From assembly GCA_021294815.2 (NCBI GenBank), contig CP095464.1:180001-212000 (forward strand): a stretch of DNA of 32,000 nucleotides. Direction: 5' to 3'. Positions within the stretch are counted from its first letter, which is position 1, and every line of letters starts with the position of its first letter. The notes below the pieces were generated by a model, which worked only from the letters and a program-made list of their open reading frames with translations, ran no database searches and was not told where the DNA came from. Positions 1-6,202 of this stretch are shown here, in pieces. The position numbers were made by a program, and so were the translations under genes. Source of the DNA: Verrucomicrobiota bacterium (GTDB taxonomy: Bacteria; Verrucomicrobiota; Verrucomicrobiia; Opitutales; LL51).

Positions 1-281
1 GGACGTCGAACAAAAGCAATTATTTTTTGGGATAACCAAATCGGAACTCCTGAATGGGCAACCGCAGCCGCAAACGCCCCGAGAATGCCATAGCTTAGAG
101 CGATATTCGCACCACCACCAAGTCCCAATGCAAAAATCTCCAACGTCTTTTGAGGAGAAAATCCTCCTAAAATACCACCTACAAATGCCCCTGTCGTTAA
201 CGCAATCACGACATTGACACGGCATAAAGCCAAAATAAGTACACAGCCAACCGCGGCGAGCACCGAGTTCGTCAGAATCAT
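1..281 (-). CDS. Na+/H+ antiporter-family (YuiF / Na_H_antiport_2-like) integral membrane protein, N-terminal fragment; the gene runs off the left edge
   Basis: Absent from the ORF track because no stop lies in the window. The reverse complement from ATG (complement of 279..281) reads MILTNSVLAAVGCVLILALCRVNVVIALTTGAFVGGILGGFSPQKTLEIFALGLGGGANIALSYGILGAFAAAVAHSGVPIWLSQKIIAFVRR, open to position 1. The Gly-rich hydrophobic pattern (RVN-VIAL..GA..GG / GLGG.A..A.SY..LGAFA) matches my memory of this family's N-terminus. Confidence 0.6.
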   Translation of the reverse strand, partial: MILTNSVLAAVGCVLILALCRVNVVIALTTGAFVGGILGGFSPQKTLEIFALGLGGGANIALSYGILGAFAAAVAHSGVPIWLSQKIIAFVRR

Positions 282-493
282 ACTGTTCCTTCGTTTACAA
301 TGAACCGGTGTCCGTGAACTTCAAAACCTCATGATGATGTACATGATGCCCTGCCGAAAACACCGCATGGTTGCGGACACAAACGATCGAACCCCATGTA
401 ACATTGACCATAGCGGCGTCTTATGCTAAGTGCTGCTTTCAATTGTAAAGCAAAAATTTTTACTTTTCGCCACACTGGCCATTACTAAACATC

Positions 494-1015
494 ATGTACA
501 TGCAGTGTCCTTTTCCGAAAAAATTCCCCTCACAACTCCAAAAAGACGATGAATTTTTCATGTCGATGGCCTACAACGAAGCTATCCAGGCCTATGAAGC
601 CGACGAAATTCCCGTCGGCGCAGTAATTGTCTATCAACAACAAATCATTGCATCTGCACACAACCGCGTCAAAACGCTCAATGATCCAACTGCACATGCC
701 GAAATGCTCGCCATTACCCAAGCAGCGCAATTTATCGGCGATTGGCGGCTCAATGAAACGACGCTTTACGTCACCAAGGAGCCCTGCCCTATGTGCTCCG
801 GTGCTACGATTATGGCTCGCGTCGGAACGGTTATTTTCGGTTTTTCCGATCCTAAAATGGGCGGTCTTGGCGGTGCATTTTCGCTACAAAATCTTCCACA
901 AACCAATCACCGGCCCGTTATCAAGCAAGATGTTCTAAAGGAATCCTGCTACGAACTCGTTCGTCGATTTTTCGATACCCGACGTCACCGCATCGAAGAA
1001 ATCAATGACCTTTAA
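494..1015 (+). CDS. tadA: tRNA-specific adenosine deaminase TadA (CMP/dCMP-type zinc deaminase)
   Basis: 173-aa ORF with zinc-binding motifs HAE (TAHAEMLAI) and PCPMC (KEPCPMCSGA), and the size typical of TadA. The true start may be the ATG at 560 (MSMAYNEAI...). Confidence 0.9.
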   Translation: MYMQCPFPKKFPSQLQKDDEFFMSMAYNEAIQAYEADEIPVGAVIVYQQQIIASAHNRVKTLNDPTAHAEMLAITQAAQFIGDWRLNETTLYVTKEPCPMCSGATIMARVGTVIFGFSDPKMGGLGGAFSLQNLPQTNHRPVIKQDVLKESCYELVRRFFDTRRHRIEEINDL

Positions 1016-2133
1016 AATCCAAGCGCTCTTTTTTCTTGTTCTGTGAGTAGTTTCTCCCCGTTTCCCGTATTTACTCTTCCATTGATAAAGCGAAGGCTTT
1101 TTGAAAACAAACGCTCGAATAGAAAATCAAAAGCTGATTGCAATGGCGCATTGTTCCGATCGGAGATAAAGAGGGTAATATTTGCGCGAAAATACATTAG
1201 TTCCTTTTGGATGCCTTGAATTGTTTTTTTCGGATCAATCAGTGACCATACCGCGTTGCGATAATACCCCACAAACATCGCGCGCGTCGCATACTGTTGA
1301 GCAAGCTCTTCGTTACCTCCTTCTCGGCGAAAAAATTGCGCCATATTCTCGAAAAAAAACGACCATACCGTCAGTGCCACAGACACCATCGTTAATGGCA
1401 TCTCTTTCCAGAAAATCCGCTCTTCATCACCGGTCTCTAAAAATGCCACAGGACTTTCCTCGGTGATCGAGTCATCATCCGTAAGAGTTTTTATCTTCCC
1501 AAACAACGCCTCTCGAATCGGTTTAAAACGTGCCCGTATGCTATTGGCACTATTGGAACGCTCGAGATCCGTGAAACAATCTTCTATACGTATAGTGATG
1601 ACCTCGTTTAGTGCTTGTCGTTCTTCGGGTATAAGGGCCAGTAATAAGAGTCCAAACTGCATTTGATAGAGGCTCGCGATCCGTGCCTGCATCCGATAGC
1701 GCTGGACGCGTTCAGAAAGCGCCCCACCGGCAAAGGGCCATTGACTGACTTCCTGAAAGTAGGCAGACAGTCTTCCTAATTCCATAACGCATTTCCAGGC
1801 GGAATATCCCTGCCAAATTTCCTTCCTCTCACGGTAACCGTTTCCCTCCGCAACCGCTCCGAAAGGGTTTAAAATTTGCTCGATCATCGCTCCAAGCGGT
1901 CGATTTCCCAAAAATAATCCCATCCGCGCCGCCATATCTTTTTGCCTCGCCAATACCGCTTGAGACTTAGGTCGATCGGGTATTGCCGTAGTACTCTGTG
2001 TTTTTCGCGCCGGCACCAAACGCTCTGGATCAAATGTGACATGTAGTAAACTATTCGTACTACTTCCCTCAATACACACATTCCCAATCAACAAAACACC
2101 GACTACTGTTTTCCAACATCCATCCCTCATCAC
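1012..2133 (-). CDS. hypothetical protein with a hydrophobic N-terminus (possible signal or anchor); no motif recognised
   Basis: Long uninterrupted 373-aa ORF filling the gap between tadA and tRNA-Leu. The N-terminus WKTVVGVLLIGNVCIEG is hydrophobic. Its stop overlaps the tadA stop (TTAA). Confidence 0.5.
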   Translation of the reverse strand: MMRDGCWKTVVGVLLIGNVCIEGSSTNSLLHVTFDPERLVPARKTQSTTAIPDRPKSQAVLARQKDMAARMGLFLGNRPLGAMIEQILNPFGAVAEGNGYRERKEIWQGYSAWKCVMELGRLSAYFQEVSQWPFAGGALSERVQRYRMQARIASLYQMQFGLLLLALIPEERQALNEVITIRIEDCFTDLERSNSANSIRARFKPIREALFGKIKTLTDDDSITEESPVAFLETGDEERIFWKEMPLTMVSVALTVWSFFFENMAQFFRREGGNEELAQQYATRAMFVGYYRNAVWSLIDPKKTIQGIQKELMYFRANITLFISDRNNAPLQSAFDFLFERLFSKSLRFINGRVNTGNGEKLLTEQEKRALGF

Positions 2134-2224
2134 TTATTCCCCAATTTAATCTCATGAACACAAGATTTTCTCAATTTATTCAAAAACTTATGTGTGCGCG
2201 CACAAGGAAATTCCGCTATTTCAC

Positions 2225-2254
2225 TTGCAAAACGACAAAAACTCCTCGTAATGA
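2225..2254 (+). promoter_or_regulatory. candidate sigma70-type promoter for tRNA-Leu(UAA)
   Basis: TTGCAA (2225..2230), an 18-nt spacer, then TAATGA (2249..2254), ending 14 nt upstream of the tRNA 5' end at 2268. Hexamer match only. Confidence 0.3.
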
Positions 2255-2267
2255 GGAGCGTTCGCAA

Positions 2268-2350
2268 GCCCGGGTGGCGGAATGGTAGACGCTGAGGACT
2301 TAAAATCCTTTGTCTGAAAAGACGTGCGGGTTCGAGTCCCGCCCCGGGCA
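2268..2350 (+). tRNA. tRNA-Leu (anticodon UAA), type II with a long variable arm; CCA not encoded
   Basis: Manual cloverleaf. The acceptor gcccggg pairs with cccgggc, followed by A73. The anticodon arm is gagga-CTTAAAA-tcctt. The variable arm is tgtctgaaaagacg and the T-loop is gttcgagtc. Confidence 0.9.
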
Positions 2351-2387
2351 CCCCGCGATGCGTTGGGAATTATCAGGATGTGTCTCG

Positions 2388-2894
2388 TTATTTTTTCGGT
2401 TCGGGGATATTAAATGCGTGCTGAAGAGCCGCTTGGATATTTTTCCCGAAACCATCGAAAACTTTCTTCGTACCTTCGTCATCGTTGGGATCATCCGCAT
2501 CGGGGTTAATGATCAAAGATAGGGCAATCAAACCAAGGGCAAATTCCAAATCATTGTCGCTTTTAAGCAACTGTTCAATTTTGCCTTCAACATCGCAATT
2601 ACTCACAACTTGCTCGACATTGGCTTTTAGATTCGTTTTAAAGTCCGGATCTGCGAGTTCCATGATTCTTAGCGCGCCATAAACAACGCTAGCCAGCACA
2701 GCATCTGAAGCAAGAGGCGCGGTAAGACCGGACTCCTTCTTTTCCAATCTCCCCGGTAAAAGATCATCTCCCCACAATCCATTTACGGAAACTCCAAAGA
2801 AACAGCCAAGTAGCAAGAATTTCTTCCAGATCGTCATCATTTTTGTCGTTCTCATCATCGTACGACAGATTAAAAATAATTTTACATTCGTCAA
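2388..2894 (-). CDS. hypothetical small exported protein
   Basis: 168-aa ORF. An internal start around 2840 gives MMTIWKKFLLLGCFFGVSVNGLWG, a signal-peptide-like N-terminus. The acidic C-terminal half has no recognised motif. Confidence 0.5.
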   Translation of the reverse strand: MTNVKLFLICRTMMRTTKMMTIWKKFLLLGCFFGVSVNGLWGDDLLPGRLEKKESGLTAPLASDAVLASVVYGALRIMELADPDFKTNLKANVEQVVSNCDVEGKIEQLLKSDNDLEFALGLIALSLIINPDADDPNDDEGTKKVFDGFGKNIQAALQHAFNIPEPKK

Positions 2895-3020
2895 CCGTTT
2901 TTAAATTGAAATTTTTCATTTCAACACCGCAAATTTACATCGAAAAATCACGGAACAAACGCAACTTTTCATGAGGAAAAAGCTGGCTTTTTATTTTGAC
3001 TTTGTAGGTTAGGTCGGCGG

Positions 3021-3097
<77 letters not shown>

Positions 3098-3111
3098 CAA
3101 TTTTAGCTTAC

Positions 3112-4917
3112 TTGACTTTGAGGGCTGTTGCTCTAGGCTCCATTTCGATGGTTTTGGAGCGTATTGAGGGCCCTGCGGACGTTAAAAAAGTTTCTGTGCA
3201 GGAATTGAAACGACTCTGCGATGACGTTCGGCAGGCAATTTTAAAAAAGCTCAGCGAACACGGCGGACATGTTGGCCCTAATCTTGGGATGGTGGAGGCG
3301 ACGGTTGCGCTGCATTATGTTTTCAACTCGCCCAAAGATGCGATTATTTTCGATGTCTCTCATCAATGCTATGCACACAAGGTGCTTACGGGACGCAAAG
3401 ACGGCTTTTTAGACCCGGAGCGATTTGACCGCATTTCAGGCTATACCAATCCTCATGAAAGCGAACATGACCGATTTACCATCGGGCACACCTCGACGGC
3501 TGTTAGTTTGGCGTGTGGTTTGATGAAGGCGCGCGACCTCAAGAGCGAAAAACGCAACGTTATAGCAATTTTAGGCGATGGATCGCTCAGTGGTGGCGAG
3601 GCCTTTGAAGGTCTCAACAACGTTGCGGAACTTGGCACCAATGGCATTGTTATTTTCAATGATAACCAGATGTCTATCGCTGAAAATCATGGCGGTGTCT
3701 ATCAAAATCTCAAAGCACTTCGCGACAGTAATGGGCAATGTCCTTGCAATTTTTTCAAGTCTATGGGCTTTGATTACCGGTATGTTGCCAATGGGAATGA
3801 TGTCCATGCACTCGTAGCGGCATTTTCCGAAGTCAAAGACATCGACCACCCTGTTGTGGTTCACATTAATACCGTTAAAGGCAAAGGCCTGTCGATTGCG
3901 GAACAAGACAAGGAAACGTGGCATTGCTGTGGCATGCCATTTGATCTAAAAACCGGGGCAAGTGCGGCTCGCTCCATGGAAAATTATGCTGACCTCACCG
4001 CGGAATACCTCTTAAGAGAAATGCAACACAATCCCAAACTCGTTGCAATTACCTCCGGTACACCGACAGTTTTTGGGTTTACTCCCCAGAGGCGTCAACA
4101 GGCAGGAAAACAATTCGTCGATGTTGGTATTGCGGAAGAACATGCCGTCGCCATGGCTTCGGGGATTGCTGCAGGAGGCGGCCGACCGGTTTGGGGCGTG
4201 TTCAGTACTTTTGTTCAGCGGACGTACGATCAACTCTCACAGGATCTTTGCATTAACAACAACCCGGCAGTCATCTTAGTCTTCATGGGAACGCTCAATG
4301 GTTTTCGCGATATCACGCACCTCGGATTCTTTGATATCCCGGTTATTTCCAATATTCCCAACATGGTCTATCTGGCTCCAACGTGTCGGGAAGAATATTT
4401 TTCGATGCTCGAATGGAGTATTCGCCAAACCGCCCATCCTATCGCGATCCGGGTGCCTGCTAATGGCGTGATTTCGGACAAAAATCGGAAGGTCGCTGAT
4501 AACTACGACCATCTCAGCCAATATACGATCACTCACTCGGGCTCCGAAGTTGCAATTTTGGCTCTCGGATCTTTTTACCAACTCGGCGAAACCGTCACTG
4601 CCCTACTTCACGAAAAAATAGGCATGGGTGCCACGCTGATTAATCCGCGCTTTATTACGGGTCTCGACACAAGGCTTCTAGAAGGGCTCAAGCAACGACA
4701 TCGCCTTGTCGTTACACTTGAAGATGGCGTTCTCGATGGTGGATTCGGCGAAAAGGTCGCCCGTTATTATGGCACAAGCAACATGAAAGTGCTGAATTGT
4801 GGCGCACCTAAAGCCTTTGTCGATCGATACGATCCCGAGACATTTTTTGAGCAATGCCGCCTTACGCCACCACAGATTGTTGAGGATATTCAAAAAATCC
4901 TCACAGTAATAGCATAA
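3112..4917 (+). CDS. 1-deoxy-D-xylulose-5-phosphate synthase family protein (TPP-dependent, transketolase-like), divergent short type
   Basis: Motifs align with the E. coli DXS sequence as I remember it: GGHVGPNLGMVEATVALHYVF, DVSHQCYAHKVLTGR, the TPP-binding GDGSLSGGEAFEGLNN...NDNQMSI, and DVGIAEEHAVAMASGIA. The likely true start is the ATG at 3148 (MVLERIEGPADVKK); 3112 is a TTG only 15 nt after the tRNA. Confidence 0.8.
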   Translation: MTLRAVALGSISMVLERIEGPADVKKVSVQELKRLCDDVRQAILKKLSEHGGHVGPNLGMVEATVALHYVFNSPKDAIIFDVSHQCYAHKVLTGRKDGFLDPERFDRISGYTNPHESEHDRFTIGHTSTAVSLACGLMKARDLKSEKRNVIAILGDGSLSGGEAFEGLNNVAELGTNGIVIFNDNQMSIAENHGGVYQNLKALRDSNGQCPCNFFKSMGFDYRYVANGNDVHALVAAFSEVKDIDHPVVVHINTVKGKGLSIAEQDKETWHCCGMPFDLKTGASAARSMENYADLTAEYLLREMQHNPKLVAITSGTPTVFGFTPQRRQQAGKQFVDVGIAEEHAVAMASGIAAGGGRPVWGVFSTFVQRTYDQLSQDLCINNNPAVILVFMGTLNGFRDITHLGFFDIPVISNIPNMVYLAPTCREEYFSMLEWSIRQTAHPIAIRVPANGVISDKNRKVADNYDHLSQYTITHSGSEVAILALGSFYQLGETVTALLHEKIGMGATLINPRFITGLDTRLLEGLKQRHRLVVTLEDGVLDGGFGEKVARYYGTSNMKVLNCGAPKAFVDRYDPETFFEQCRLTPPQIVEDIQKILTVIA

Positions 4918-4965
4918 ACAAAAATCTTGCCTTTTGGCGCCTGAATTTAGATTGGGAAGAACGTT

Positions 4966-5042
4966 CGGGGCGTAGCTTAGCCTGGTAGAGCGCTACCTTA
5001 GGGAGGTAGAGGCCGCTGGTTCGAATCCAGTCGCTCCGACCA
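4966..5042 (+). tRNA. tRNA-Pro with anticodon AGG (A34), CCA encoded
   Basis: Manual cloverleaf. The acceptor cggggcg pairs with cgctccg (C1:G72, one G-U pair), followed by A73 and CCA. The anticodon arm is ctacc-TTAGGGA-ggtag, with the anticodon at 5000..5002. It is a close paralog of the tRNA at 3021..3097. Confidence 0.85.
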
Positions 5043-5223
5043 TGGGATTTTGTGATTATTGCTGCTTCTTCCAGTTACAGAGTCGTGTCTCTAGTGGCTA
5101 TTTCATATCATCTAAACCTGCATAACTACACCGGTGAATTACCACGAACAAGATCTCCAAAAACAGAATCTTGAGAAGCGCAATCAAAAGTCTCGCAACC
5201 AAAACTACAATGCTACAAGCTCT

Positions 5224-5307
5224 TGGTGCTCAAGAGGGGACTCGAACCCCTACACCTTGCGGCACATGCACCTCAAACATGCGTGTCTACCGTTCCACCA
5301 CCTGAGC
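5224..5307 (-). tRNA. tRNA-Leu (anticodon GAG), type II, CCA encoded
   Basis: Reverse complement: gctcaggtggtggaacggtagacacgcatgtttgaggtgcatgtgccgcaaggtgtaggggttcgagtcccctcttgagcacca. The anticodon arm is catgt-TTGAGGT-gcatg. It has a long variable arm, and the acceptor gctcagg pairs with cttgagc. Confidence 0.9.
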
Positions 5308-5312
5308 ACGTG

Positions 5313-5384
<72 letters not shown>

Positions 5385-5498
5385 AAACTGCTACAAGTCC
5401 AGCAACCCCGCCCCTTTTGTCAAGTCCGTTTGGTACATCTACGATCGAGTTTTACGCACTTGCTAAAACAATCGCGGGACGCCGACAATCTCCACAAA

Positions 5499-6134
5499 TT
5501 AAAAACAATAACGCAATACAACGGCATCAAGCCACAAAAATACACTGCGGTGAATAATCGCAAAACCGGTACTGAACCACGGAATGTTGATGAGTATTAG
5601 CAACAATAGCGATCCAACTGAAGCGTAACTCAAAAATGCCATTTCCGATATACGAAAAATGATTTTAAGCACGTGCGCTCCATCGAGTGGTGGAATTGGA
5701 ATCAGATTAAAAAGTCCGAGGGAAATATTACAACTCGCCCCAATCAACAGCAAGCTCCCCCATGATGCGCTATGTCGGCAGGCCCATTCGCTGGCAATAA
5801 CCAATAGAAAAGCGAAAAAAAAGTTCATCAAGGGACCGGCAAGGCTACAGCACAAATCCCCTAGTTTGCGATGTTTAAAGTTTTCCGGACAAATCTCTAC
5901 GGGGCGGGCCCAACCCAATACTTGAAAGGAACTAAATGCGCAAAGTAATGGAATGACGACCGACCCGAAAAATGAAATATGCGCCAAGGGATTTAGGGTA
6001 AAACGGCCCTGGTTTTTTGGCGTCGGATCACCAAACGCTACAGCGACACAGGCATGCGCCCACTCGTGAAACGTCAACGAAATCAACACCCAAAGGCAAC
6101 TAATAACGATCAACTGGAAGTGTGATGTCGCCAT
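5499..6134 (-). CDS. M50 (site-2 protease family) integral membrane zinc metalloprotease
   Basis: 211-aa polytopic hydrophobic protein with HExxH in the first TM region (FHEWAHACVA) and NLIPIPPLDG, the family's second conserved motif. Confidence 0.8.
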   Translation of the reverse strand: MATSHFQLIVISCLWVLISLTFHEWAHACVAVAFGDPTPKNQGRFTLNPLAHISFFGSVVIPLLCAFSSFQVLGWARPVEICPENFKHRKLGDLCCSLAGPLMNFFFAFLLVIASEWACRHSASWGSLLLIGASCNISLGLFNLIPIPPLDGAHVLKIIFRISEMAFLSYASVGSLLLLILINIPWFSTGFAIIHRSVFLWLDAVVLRYCF

Positions 6135-6140
6135 CTACAA

Positions 6141-6172
6141 CAAAAATTACACCGGAGCTTTCAGAACTCCGA
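6141..6172 (-). terminator. candidate intrinsic terminator or RNA hairpin between the pullulanase-type gene and the M50 gene
   Basis: On the minus strand: cggag-ttctgaaag-ctccg (extendable by G-U pairs), followed by gtgtaatttttgttg, which carries a T-run. The element ends directly at the M50 start codon, so it could instead be a structured leader. Confidence 0.3.
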
Positions 6173-6202
6173 CACTCTGGCAAGCGGATTCCAACGGTAT
6201 CG

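Noticed and set aside
2243-2258. Short hairpin ctcctc-gtaat-gaggag just upstream of tRNA-Leu(UAA)
   Set aside because: It has no U-tract, and no upstream plus-strand gene exists for it to terminate. It overlaps the candidate -10 element and is probably incidental.
2268-2350. Group I intron in tRNA-Leu(UAA), as seen in some lineages
   Set aside because: The anticodon loop is contiguous and the gene is 83 nt long, so no insertion is present.
2130-2522. Small ORFs (66-73 aa, both strands) overlapping tRNA-Leu(UAA)
   Set aside because: They overlap a well-folded tRNA and the adjacent real ORF, with no independent support.
3098-4965. The DXS-like gene as a tRNA-targeted genomic island
   Set aside because: There is no integrase or mobility gene. 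The flanking repeats are two complete, distinct tRNA-Pro isoacceptors rather than a tRNA plus a partial 3'-end att repeat.
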